18,309 bases of DNA, taken from NCBI GenBank assembly GCA_038128265.1, contig JAYPJE010000072.1, positions 1-18,309 on the forward strand, given 5' to 3'. Position numbers and translations under genes: made by a program. Of this stretch, positions 8,342 to 16,275 are shown in pieces; the first letter of the stretch is position 1; every line of letters starts with the position of its first letter. The DNA is from Gemmatimonadota bacterium. GTDB lineage: Bacteria > Latescibacterota > UBA2968 > UBA8231. The notes beneath the pieces were generated by a model. That model was given only the letters and a program-made list of their open reading frames with translations. It made no database searches and was not told the origin of the DNA.

Positions 8342-9172
8342 CTAGCAGCGTTCCCAGATCGCGCGCACGCGGTCCTTCATGCGCACCGCCTCTTCCCAGC
8401 GATCCGACAACTCACCCCCGTCTGCCCCCTGCATGGCGTAGGTCGGCGGGCCCAACTCGACGACAAAGGTCATCACGTCGTCCTCGCCGGCGCGCTCCTT
8501 AAACTTTTTAAAGCCGTACTCCCACCAGCTCTCGTAGAGATCGACCCAGACTTGGTTGTGGGCAAAACTGGTGGGCACCTGCACCTGCTCGCGCGAGGCC
8601 ACGCGCCCGTGAAAGGCACCGCAGCGCTCCAGGATTTGATTCATATACTGCTGGTTTTGCTCCGAGATCGGCGGCCCGGCAAACTCGCGCCCTACCAGGA
8701 AGTGCGACAGATCGCCGCACAGCACCATGTCGGGCACCGCTTCAATCAGATCGAGCGTGAAGTACATATCCGTCGTCATGCGATCGCGGTGCGTCTCAAA
8801 GAACAGCTGGTACCCGGCGGCGGCGGCCATATCCATACAGCGCACGATGTAGGACACGCCGTCGGCCACCCGACGCGGCATTGGCATGGGCTGCAGGTTG
8901 ATGTGCGACGCGCCGCCGTCCTGGGCCGCTTTGATATCGTCGACAAAGTCCTGCGGCGTCCACGGAAAAACGATATTCGAGCGCTTGAGTCCCAGCGTGT
9001 CACACAGCGGCACCATGGCATCGCGATGTGCCTTTTCTTCCATGAGAAACTCAACGCCGTCAAAGCCCGCTTCGGCGATTTTTTCTAGTTTTTCTTCCAT
9101 GCTCCACTCCGTGCTGCCACCAAACGGCAGTCCCACCATCCCCCAATACGATTGATACACCTGTAGCTTCAT
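8342..9172 (-). CDS. Sugar phosphate isomerase/epimerase (xylose-isomerase-like TIM barrel, AP_endonuc_2)
   Basis: ATG at 9172 with an AAAGGA RBS. IAEAGFDGVE, then metal-ligand motifs FETHR, GDLSH, FHGR and VVELGP. Confidence 0.88.
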   Translation of the reverse strand: MKLQVYQSYWGMVGLPFGGSTEWSMEEKLEKIAEAGFDGVEFLMEEKAHRDAMVPLCDTLGLKRSNIVFPWTPQDFVDDIKAAQDGGASHINLQPMPMPRRVADGVSYIVRCMDMAAAAGYQLFFETHRDRMTTDMYFTLDLIEAVPDMVLCGDLSHFLVGREFAGPPISEQNQQYMNQILERCGAFHGRVASREQVQVPTSFAHNQVWVDLYESWWEYGFKKFKERAGEDDVMTFVVELGPPTYAMQGADGGELSDRWEEAVRMKDRVRAIWERC

Positions 9173-9216
9173 GGCGATCCTTTCTGTGTAAACGCTTCGC
9201 CTTATCTGCAGCAGGC

Positions 9217-9246
9217 AGTGTACTACATCAAACCCCTCCCCGTCAA
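9217..9246 (-). promoter_or_regulatory. Putative sigma70 promoter for the isomerase gene
   Basis: Minus strand TTGACG, 18-nt spacer, TACACT, about 45 nt upstream of the start codon. Confidence 0.45.
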
Positions 9247-9284
9247 CGCGCTGCATCTATTTTCCCGGATTCGACCAATCGCTA

Positions 9285-9293
9285 TGTTATGCT
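9285..9293 (+). promoter_or_regulatory. Putative extended -10 promoter for the dgcN operon
   Basis: TG-T-TATGCT, 25 nt before the TTG start, followed by an AGAGGA RBS at 9305-9310. Confidence 0.35.
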
Positions 9294-9318
9294 CTCCACC
9301 TAACAGAGGAATGCTCGA

Positions 9319-10323
9319 TTGATCCAGCTCAAATCGCCCTACCTGCTCTTTCTCGGTGACGCACCGGACCAGCTGGCGGCCAAACCGGCTGACGGCATCG
9401 CCCGCTGGCGCCCCGAACTGTGCGTCGGTCAGCTCCGCCTGCCCGGCTGCCAGGCCGATATTGGCCTGCCCGATATGACGCTCGAAGAAGCGCGCGCGGC
9501 CGGCGCGCAGACGCTGATTGCCGGCGTGGCCAACCGCGGCGGCATACTAGCCGACGGGTGGCGCGACACCCTGCTGCGGGCCGTCGATCTGGGCTGCGAT
9601 ATTGCCAGCGGTCTGCACGGTCGCCTGTCTGCCATACCTGGCCTAGGCGAGCGCGCCCAACAACAGGGCACGCAGCTCATTGACGTGCGCTATGCCGACC
9701 AGCCCTTTCCCATTGCCGGCGGCACTAAGCGCAGCGGTAAGCGCCTGCTCACTGTCGGCACCGACTGTTCGGTGGGCAAGATGTTCACCGCGCTGGCCAT
9801 GGAGCGCGAAATGAACGCGCGCAGCATGAAGGCTACGTTTCGCGCCAGCGGCCAGACGGGCATTTTTATCGCCGGCGAAGGGCTCTGCGTAGACGCTATT
9901 ATATCCGACTTCGTAGCCGGCGCTGCCGAGGTGCTGTCGCCCGACAACGACGCCGACCACTGGGACCTAGTCGAGGGACAGGGCTCGCTCTTCCACGCCT
10001 CCTACGCCGGCGTATCGCTCGGCCTGCTGCACGGCTCGCAGCCCGATGCGCTGGTTCTGTGCCACGACCCCGATCGCACCCATATGCGCGGGTTGCCCAC
10101 CTACGGATTGCCGGCTATCGACGAGTGCATCCGCCTCAACGAATCCTGCGGACGACTGACCAACCCCGCCTGTCGCACCATTGGCCTGTCCATCAATACC
10201 TCCAAGCGAAGCGAAGGGGATGCGCTGGCCCTGCTCGATGCGCTGGAGCGCGAAACCGGTCTACCCTGCGTCGATCCGATGCGGCAGGGCGCGGGTCGCC
10301 TCGTCGACGCCCTACCGCTGTGA
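9319..10323 (+). CDS. dgcN: DUF1611 / D-glutamate N-acetyltransferase DgcN
   Basis: PYLLFLGDAPDQLAAK, GVANRGG, DIASGLH, the P-loop-like TVGTDCSVGKM, FRASGQTGI, VEGQGSLFH and LLHGSQPDALVLCH. Confidence 0.92.
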   Translation: MIQLKSPYLLFLGDAPDQLAAKPADGIARWRPELCVGQLRLPGCQADIGLPDMTLEEARAAGAQTLIAGVANRGGILADGWRDTLLRAVDLGCDIASGLHGRLSAIPGLGERAQQQGTQLIDVRYADQPFPIAGGTKRSGKRLLTVGTDCSVGKMFTALAMEREMNARSMKATFRASGQTGIFIAGEGLCVDAIISDFVAGAAEVLSPDNDADHWDLVEGQGSLFHASYAGVSLGLLHGSQPDALVLCHDPDRTHMRGLPTYGLPAIDECIRLNESCGRLTNPACRTIGLSINTSKRSEGDALALLDALERETGLPCVDPMRQGAGRLVDALPL

Positions 10324-11300
10324 TGCGCTTCGACGTCCGGGGTGAGCGCTGGCCGCTGGCGCAGGCGTTTACCATCTCGCGCGGCAGCAAGACCAGCGCC
10401 GACGTCGTCGTCTGCACCCTCACCAGCGACGGCTGCACGGGGCACGGCGAGAGCATGCCCTATCCGCGCTACGGCGAGTCGGTCGAGCAGGTCGTCGCCC
10501 AGCTAGAGGCGCTGCGGCCGCTCGTCGAAGCCGGCGTGGAGCGGTCCGAGCTTTCGCAGCACCTGCCGGCTGGATCGGCGCGCAACGCGCTGGACTGCGC
10601 GCTGTGGGACCTAGAGGCCAAGCGCCAGAGACGCCCCGCACACCAACTGGCCGATCTGCCGGCGCCTCAGCCCGTGCAAACGGCCTATACGCTCTCGCTC
10701 GATACGGCGGAACATATGGGCCGGGCAGCGGCAGCCAACGCCTGGCGCCCCCTGCTAAAGATCAAGCTAGCCGGACAGGGCGATTTGGAGCGCGTCGAAG
10801 CCATTCGCCAAGGCGCACCGGATGCCGCACTTATAGTAGATGCCAACGAGGGATGGCAGCGCGACGAAGTGGAGCCATTGGCCGAAGCGCTCGCCCAGCG
10901 CGGCGTGGCATTGGTCGAACAGCCGCTGCCGGCCGGCCAAGACGAGGCGCTGGGCGAGATGGCGCATCCGCTGCCCTTTTGCGCCGACGAGTCGTGTCAC
11001 ACCGCGGCCGACCTCCCCGCGCTAGTCGGCCGCTACGAATACGTCAATATCAAGCTCGATAAGACGGGTGGTCTGACCGAAGCGCTCGCGCTGCTGCGCC
11101 AGGCCCGCCAACTGGACATGGGCATTATGGTAGGCTGTATGGTCGCCACCTCGCTGTCGATGGCTCCGGCCGCTCTGCTGGCGACGGGAGCCGAGTTTGT
11201 CGACCTAGACGGACCGCTGCTGCTGCGCGAAGACCGCCAGCCGGGTCTGCGCTACGAAGGGAGCACCCTCTACCCGCCCACGGCCGACCTGTGGGGCTAA
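10323..11300 (+). CDS. dgcA: N-acetyl-D-Glu racemase DgcA / L-Ala-D/L-Glu epimerase (YcjG-like)
   Basis: TGATG overlap with dgcN. FTISRGSK, PYPRYGES, ARNALDCALWDL, KIK, DANEGW, EQP, ADES, NIKLDKTGG, GCMV and DLDGP. Confidence 0.92.
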   Translation: MRFDVRGERWPLAQAFTISRGSKTSADVVVCTLTSDGCTGHGESMPYPRYGESVEQVVAQLEALRPLVEAGVERSELSQHLPAGSARNALDCALWDLEAKRQRRPAHQLADLPAPQPVQTAYTLSLDTAEHMGRAAAANAWRPLLKIKLAGQGDLERVEAIRQGAPDAALIVDANEGWQRDEVEPLAEALAQRGVALVEQPLPAGQDEALGEMAHPLPFCADESCHTAADLPALVGRYEYVNIKLDKTGGLTEALALLRQARQLDMGIMVGCMVATSLSMAPAALLATGAEFVDLDGPLLLREDRQPGLRYEGSTLYPPTADLWG

Positions 11301-11340
11301 CACACGAAACCGGAAGGGACGCACGACCCATGGTACAGTT

Positions 11341-12327
11341 ATGACTACGCACCTTCTCTTGGCCGTGCAGAATGAGTCACCCCACTGGCGTGCCGCGTTC
11401 CCAACCGAGCTCCTATTAGAAAATCCTGCCGTGCCGCAGTGGCTGGAAAGAGACGGCCAGGCGCATTGGCACCAACCCATCCCGATCCACGCGCTGGACG
11501 ACCTGTGCGAAGTGTTGCCCTGCCTATCGCTGTACGGCGACGAGCCGTGGGGCTATCAGTGCGCGCTCGAGTACGAAACGGCTGACGGCCAGGCCGCCCG
11601 GAGCCACCTGGCGCCCATCGGCCATTTCGACCGGATAAAGAGCAATGACGACGGAGCCGCCGTGCGTGCCGATGTCGACATCTGGCGCATAAACGCCCCT
11701 CTCAAACGCGCCGTCCTGCACTGGCGCGTGCAGTGCTCGACGCCCGTGGCCGAACGGCCGGCCCTGCTGTCTGTCTCCCTGCGCACGGCCGGCGAACCGC
11801 CTATACCGGTACCGACACAGAACCGCCGGGCGCACGACGTGCCCATGCGCAGCCAAATGCAGCTGCGCAGCGATATTGCCAATCGGGTCTGCTCGCCCAC
11901 ATCGGTGAGTATGCTGTTGGATTATTACGAAAAATCGGCTGACGTATACGATATAATAGACGAGGCACAGCACCGACCCAGCGGCCTCTACGGCGTTTGG
12001 CCAGCTAATGTATACGCGGCATCCCGGCGCGGCCTCATGGGCTATCTGCTGCACGTTCCGCGCTGGGAGGTGGCAAAGGAGCTGCTGGATGGGGGATTGC
12101 CGCTGGTCGCTTCGGTGCGCTACGCGGAGGGCGAGCTGCGCGACGGAGCCGTGCGCAAGACGGACGGCCATCTGCTAGTCGTGCGGGGATACGACGGCGA
12201 CCGCGCGCTGGTCAACGATCCGGCCGCCGCCTGCGATAGCGAGGTGGCGCGCTCGTACGATCTGCGCGAGCTGTGCGCCGTGTGGCTAGCGCGCAGCGCC
12301 GTGAGCTACGTGCTGTTTACCCCCTGA
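11341..12327 (+). CDS. Peptidase C39-like (papain-fold) cysteine peptidase with an extra N-terminal domain
   Basis: Catalytic pattern: VPMRSQ (oxyanion Gln), VCSPTSVSMLL (Cys), DGHLLVVRGYD (His), VNDPA (Asp). No obvious signal peptide. Confidence 0.85.
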   Translation: MTTHLLLAVQNESPHWRAAFPTELLLENPAVPQWLERDGQAHWHQPIPIHALDDLCEVLPCLSLYGDEPWGYQCALEYETADGQAARSHLAPIGHFDRIKSNDDGAAVRADVDIWRINAPLKRAVLHWRVQCSTPVAERPALLSVSLRTAGEPPIPVPTQNRRAHDVPMRSQMQLRSDIANRVCSPTSVSMLLDYYEKSADVYDIIDEAQHRPSGLYGVWPANVYAASRRGLMGYLLHVPRWEVAKELLDGGLPLVASVRYAEGELRDGAVRKTDGHLLVVRGYDGDRALVNDPAAACDSEVARSYDLRELCAVWLARSAVSYVLFTP

Positions 12328-12328
12328 C

Positions 12329-13504
12329 CTACTGCTGCTGAAAGCCGAGCAGCGTCAGCACGCTGGAAGCCTGTATGCCCTGGGCCTGCACCAGCAGGGA
12401 AGACGCACCCTGCGATAGCACCTGCGCACGGGTGAGCTTGGTCACTTCTTCGGCAATGTCCGTATCGCTGATCGTCGACTCGGCTGCCTGCACCTGCTCG
12501 AGGCGATTTTCCGTCGCCGACAGGTTGAAGTTTAGCCTGTTTTGCACGGCGCCGAGGTTGCCGCGCTCCTGCGATACGCGCGTGATCGCGCCGTCTATAT
12601 CGGTAATGGCCGACTGCGCCGTCGTCTGCGTCGTCACGCTGGTCGAACTCAGATTGAGCTCGGTGCCCGTTGCCGTCAGGTCCGGTATCGACAGTTCCAC
12701 CCGATTAAAGCTGGAGTCAGACGGCCCGACTTGAAAACTCGCGCCCGTGCCTTCTTCGACAACAAGTTCATAGCCGTCCAAACCGCCGTCGGCAAAGGCG
12801 CCCGTCGCACCGGTCGCACCGACGCCGGCCAGCGTCACCTGAATGCCCAGCCGGTCGAAATTGGCCACGATCTTGGTGCCCGTTGCCACGACGTCACCGT
12901 CGAGCACGGTGCCCAGCGAAATCGTCTGCGTGAGCGTGCCGTTGCCCAGCGTCAAATCGCCGTCATCGCCCGCGTCTACAAAGGTGAAGGTGCCCGCCAC
13001 AGCACCGGAAATCGACGCATTGGTCACGCCCGTTGTGTCGCTGGCTGTAATGGCGCTCGACGCCGCACTGACCGTATTGCCAAAACCCGTCAGTAGCACC
13101 TGGCTGTTAAACGTCGTCGCCTGGGCTATCCGGTCAATCTCGTTGCTGAGCTGGGTAAACTCGGTCTGCACGGCTTCGCGATTGCTGTCGCTAATCGTGC
13201 CCGACGAGGACTGCACCGCCAGTTCGCGCATGCGCACGAGAATGGCGTTGACCTCGTTGAGCGACGCTTCGGCCGTCTGAATGAGATTGGTCGCCTGCTC
13301 GGCGTTGCGCGCGCTGGCCTGCAGACCGGACGATTCGGCGCGCAGTCCTTCGCGCACGGAAAGCCCTGCCGCATCGTCGGCAGCGCGGTTGATGCGCAGC
13401 CCCGACGACAGACGCTCCAAGCTGGTCGACAGCTCGCGCGTAGTCGCACTGAGATTTCTGCGCACATTAAGCGCAGATTGATTGCTGTTTATACTGAGAG
13501 CCAC
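12329..13504 (-). CDS. fliC: Flagellin
   Basis: The GTG at 13504 lies 8 nt after AAGGA and gives (M)ALSINSN. N-terminal ERLSSGLRINRAADDAAGL and RMRELAVQ; C-terminal RGNLGAVQNRL and ESTISDTDIAEE. An alternative ATG exists at 13513. Confidence 0.95.
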   Translation of the reverse strand: MALSINSNQSALNVRRNLSATTRELSTSLERLSSGLRINRAADDAAGLSVREGLRAESSGLQASARNAEQATNLIQTAEASLNEVNAILVRMRELAVQSSSGTISDSNREAVQTEFTQLSNEIDRIAQATTFNSQVLLTGFGNTVSAASSAITASDTTGVTNASISGAVAGTFTFVDAGDDGDLTLGNGTLTQTISLGTVLDGDVVATGTKIVANFDRLGIQVTLAGVGATGATGAFADGGLDGYELVVEEGTGASFQVGPSDSSFNRVELSIPDLTATGTELNLSSTSVTTQTTAQSAITDIDGAITRVSQERGNLGAVQNRLNFNLSATENRLEQVQAAESTISDTDIAEEVTKLTRAQVLSQGASSLLVQAQGIQASSVLTLLGFQQQ

Positions 13505-13647
13505 GTGGACCATCCTTGGGGGAATTTCCAGTTGACTCGCATAGTATACGAAAGTTCTCGGGCAAATTCTACCAGGCGGACACGTATTCCGGCGCATCGG
13601 AGGCGCCAATGCGCGTGCTGTGTCATCTGGCAGACCCGCTTCTCGCA

Positions 13648-13681
13648 ACAAAAGAGGCGCAGAGCTCTGAGCTCTGCGCCT
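13648..13681 (-). terminator. Rho-independent terminator downstream of the O-antigen-ligase-family gene
   Basis: Inverted repeat AGGCGCAGAGCTC (13655-13667) / GAGCTCTGCGCCT (13669-13681), followed on the minus strand by CUUUUGUU. Confidence 0.7.
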
Positions 13682-13706
13682 GCGGTCCTGCCAATTTCTG
13701 TGCGAC

Positions 13707-15167
13707 CTATCCCGTCTCGGCTTTTTCCCGCTCTTCGCTCTCGATGCGCTGCACGGCAAAGAGCATACCTACACCGAACCAGAACATATTGTTGGCTAAG
13801 TCGCCGTTAAACGATTGATTGACCTGAAAGCCGACAAAGGTCGAAATCATCCCAATCTGCACCGCGCGCAGGTAGGGATCTCTCATCTGGTAAAAACGGC
13901 TCAGCCCCACGAAAAACACCTTGAGCAAAAACCACAGCATGGCAGCAAAACCTACAATGCCCAACTCGCCTAACACCATCGTAATAACTGTATGGGGTTC
14001 GTTTACTTGGCTCCAGTGCGGATAGCCGGCCGGCGCATAGGCCGAAAAGACGTGTGGGAAAGCACGCCAGCCAATACCCAATAGCGGATGGTCTGAAAAC
14101 ATATCGAGCGAAGCCATGATGAGGTAGATACGCGCCGTGCTAGACGTGCGTCCCACCGTGCCAAATTGTTCGAACAGCGTGAATATCGAAACAAAACGCT
14201 CAAAAATGTATTCGGCAAAGGGTACGAATTCCTTCAGCGCCAATACCGCCAGAATACTGCCAAACAGCAGATAAAAGAAATAGCGCACCTTGCCGCTGAG
14301 CCACAGAATAACAAAGACACCTACCAGCGTGGCCACCCAGTTGGAGCGGCTAAACGACGCCAGCAGTCCGCCAAAGCCAATGACGATAGCCAGACCAAAG
14401 AGAATGCGCGCGGTCAGGCTCATTTTGTAGTTGAGCAGCACCGCTAGCAGGGGCAGGATGCCGCACATCATAAACGTGGCAAAGATATTGGGATTGTGAA
14501 ACGTGCCGGTTGCGCGCGGCACGTTGCCGCCCAGCGCGGTAATCACTTTAACGGGCAGGTGGAACTGACCGGTAATCACCTGATAGGCCCCCATGACGGC
14601 ACCGGCCACCGTAAAGAGCACCATCGACCACAGCACGGCAGCCACCGCCTTTTTCGAGTCGATAATGATCTGCGTCATGTAGGTGAAAAGCACCAGCGCA
14701 CACATGCGCACAAAGCTGACGGTCGCTTCGGGCTGGTTGGGCGAATAGGTGAGCGATACGGCAATGCAGGCTAAGAACGCCAGCAGCGGACCGCGCACCT
14801 CAAAGTCGGGAAAGCGCGTGCGGCCGCGCAGGCACGTCTGCACCACGAGCGCGACTATGAGCAGCATGTAGGCCAGGTGAAAACCCGTCAGGTGAAACCC
14901 GCCGCCCCCGCTTTCTGGGCCGCCAAAAAAGCGACCGGTACTGTCCAAGCCGGTGGTCAGCACGATGATCGGCGCGATGACCCAGGGCTGTACCAACACC
15001 CCGACGACAAAGAGCACGGAAACCAGCGCCACGAAGAGGATGGCCGGCACCCACTCGCTGTAGAACAGGCTCGCGCCTAGCAGGAGTACCTGAAAGGCCA
15101 AAAAGGCGAAAAAGTAGCGCCGATCTAAGCCGGCGCCGCGCTGTATATCGGAAGTAACTGTGCTCAT
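13707..15167 (-). CDS. O-antigen ligase / Wzy_C family polytopic membrane protein
   Basis: More than 10 hydrophobic segments. Motifs RATGTFHNPNIFA, SFSRSNW, R(IY)...MFSDHPLLGIGW and PHT...LGELGIVG. Start MSTVTS at 15167. Confidence 0.9.
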   Translation of the reverse strand: MSTVTSDIQRGAGLDRRYFFAFLAFQVLLLGASLFYSEWVPAILFVALVSVLFVVGVLVQPWVIAPIIVLTTGLDSTGRFFGGPESGGGGFHLTGFHLAYMLLIVALVVQTCLRGRTRFPDFEVRGPLLAFLACIAVSLTYSPNQPEATVSFVRMCALVLFTYMTQIIIDSKKAVAAVLWSMVLFTVAGAVMGAYQVITGQFHLPVKVITALGGNVPRATGTFHNPNIFATFMMCGILPLLAVLLNYKMSLTARILFGLAIVIGFGGLLASFSRSNWVATLVGVFVILWLSGKVRYFFYLLFGSILAVLALKEFVPFAEYIFERFVSIFTLFEQFGTVGRTSSTARIYLIMASLDMFSDHPLLGIGWRAFPHVFSAYAPAGYPHWSQVNEPHTVITMVLGELGIVGFAAMLWFLLKVFFVGLSRFYQMRDPYLRAVQIGMISTFVGFQVNQSFNGDLANNMFWFGVGMLFAVQRIESEEREKAETG

Positions 15168-15281
15168 GTGTCCATTGTCTGTCGTGCGCAGCAGCGCGGG
15201 CCAGGTGCGTTTTCCCTGCGGCGCGCAGTAGTATATTTTAAACCATTGCAATGCAATTGCAAACAAGGGAGAAAGAGCGCA

Positions 15282-16118
15282 ATGCAAAAAACGGCACTAC
15301 AGGATGGCGCAGTAGAGCAGCTGGCGACCGGATTCACGTTTGTCGAAGGCCCGGTTTGGCACGGAGATGGCTGGTTTTTCAGCGATATCCCCAACGACCG
15401 CATTCATGCAGTGGCACCTGACGGGACCCTGCACATCCACCGCGAGCCTTCGGGCAATAGCAACGGCCTGACGCTCGATCGCGGTGGCCGTCTGCTGGCC
15501 TGCGAGCACGGCAACCGCCGCGTGTCCGTAGCCGATGGGCAAGCCCACGTATCTACGCTGGTCGACGCTTTTGAAGGCAAGCGCCTCAACAGCCCCAACG
15601 ATATCGTCGTCCACTCCAGCGGCGCCATCTATTTTACAGACCCACCCTACGGCATCGAACCCGATCAGCAGGAACAGCCGTGCAGCGGCGTCTACCGCGT
15701 GGCACCCGACGGCCAGATGGGGCTAGTGGCCAGCGACTTTGAGCGGCCAAACGGGCTGGCCTTTTCGCCCGACGAATCCGTGCTCTACATCGACGATTCA
15801 CACCACCAGCACATACGCGCCTTTGACGTGCAGACCGATGGCGCGCTGGCGAACGGTCGCCTCTTCGCCGATCTGCGCCACGACAGCCCCGGTGTACCCG
15901 ACGGCATGAAAGTCGATCAGCAGGGCAACGTCTATACCACCAACGCGCTGGGCATTTGGACGCACGATGCCGAGGGCACATTTCTCGGCCTGATCGAACT
16001 GCCCGAAGTGCCGGCTAACTGCGCCTGGGGCGAGGACGGCCAGACGCTCTTTATTACAGCCCGCACCTCCGTCTACACGGTGCGCACCGCGGTGCCCGGT
16101 GTGCCGGTGAGCCGTTAG
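15282..16118 (+). CDS. SMP-30/gluconolactonase/LRE family protein
   Basis: GFTFVEGPVW, FSDIP, SNGL, RLNSPND, YFTDPPYG, PNGLAFSPD, PDGMKVD and ANCAWG. A GGGAGA RBS-like element lies upstream. Confidence 0.95.
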   Translation: MQKTALQDGAVEQLATGFTFVEGPVWHGDGWFFSDIPNDRIHAVAPDGTLHIHREPSGNSNGLTLDRGGRLLACEHGNRRVSVADGQAHVSTLVDAFEGKRLNSPNDIVVHSSGAIYFTDPPYGIEPDQQEQPCSGVYRVAPDGQMGLVASDFERPNGLAFSPDESVLYIDDSHHQHIRAFDVQTDGALANGRLFADLRHDSPGVPDGMKVDQQGNVYTTNALGIWTHDAEGTFLGLIELPEVPANCAWGEDGQTLFITARTSVYTVRTAVPGVPVSR

Positions 16119-16170
16119 ACGAGCCCGATCGTGCGCGCAACGGCGCCGCAGAGGCCGTGGGTATGCACGG

Positions 16171-16195
16171 ACGCCGCAGCGCGGCGGCGTTTTCC
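16171..16195 (+). terminator. Putative Rho-independent terminator after the gluconolactonase gene
   Basis: Stem ACGCCGC (16171-16177) / GCGGCGT (16184-16190), followed by TTTCCTATT. Confidence 0.55.
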
Positions 16196-16275
16196 TATTG
16201 CCACGGCGAGCAGCCGTTTTAGATTGCTCTAGGCGGCGCTCTTGTTCCCGGGCATTTTACACAGAAAGTGTTGCA

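Noticed and set aside
8300..9088. 262-aa plus-strand ORF antisense to the isomerase (similarly 6644-7432, 11524-12171 and 17283-17792)
   Set aside because: Typical stop-poor antisense shadow ORFs in GC-rich DNA, with no recognisable motifs or RBS.
9376..9396. DgcN AKPA instead of the more familiar AKTA/AKVA
   Set aside because: The position is variable as I recall it, and the rest of the gene is intact; no basis for a pseudogene call.
10059..10322. N-terminal extension of the dgcA ORF
   Set aside because: It lies inside dgcN. Family similarity begins at the ATG at 10323.
11341..12327. Bacteriocin/RiPP system implied by the C39 peptidase
   Set aside because: No ABC transporter fusion, double-glycine precursor or modification enzyme nearby.
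12750..13060. Enzymatic flagellin (flagellinolysin)
   Set aside because: The variable region is short and lacks HExxH.
13514..13759. Extended flagellin N-terminus (476-aa ORF)
   Set aside because: It spans a terminator and overlaps the ligase gene. Flagellin homology starts at ALSINSN.
16119..16275. Purine, ZTP or PRPP riboswitch upstream of purK
   Set aside because: No consensus elements recognised. The hairpin is better explained as the upstream gene's terminator. TTGCCA-N16-TAGATT (16198-16225) is only a weak promoter candidate.
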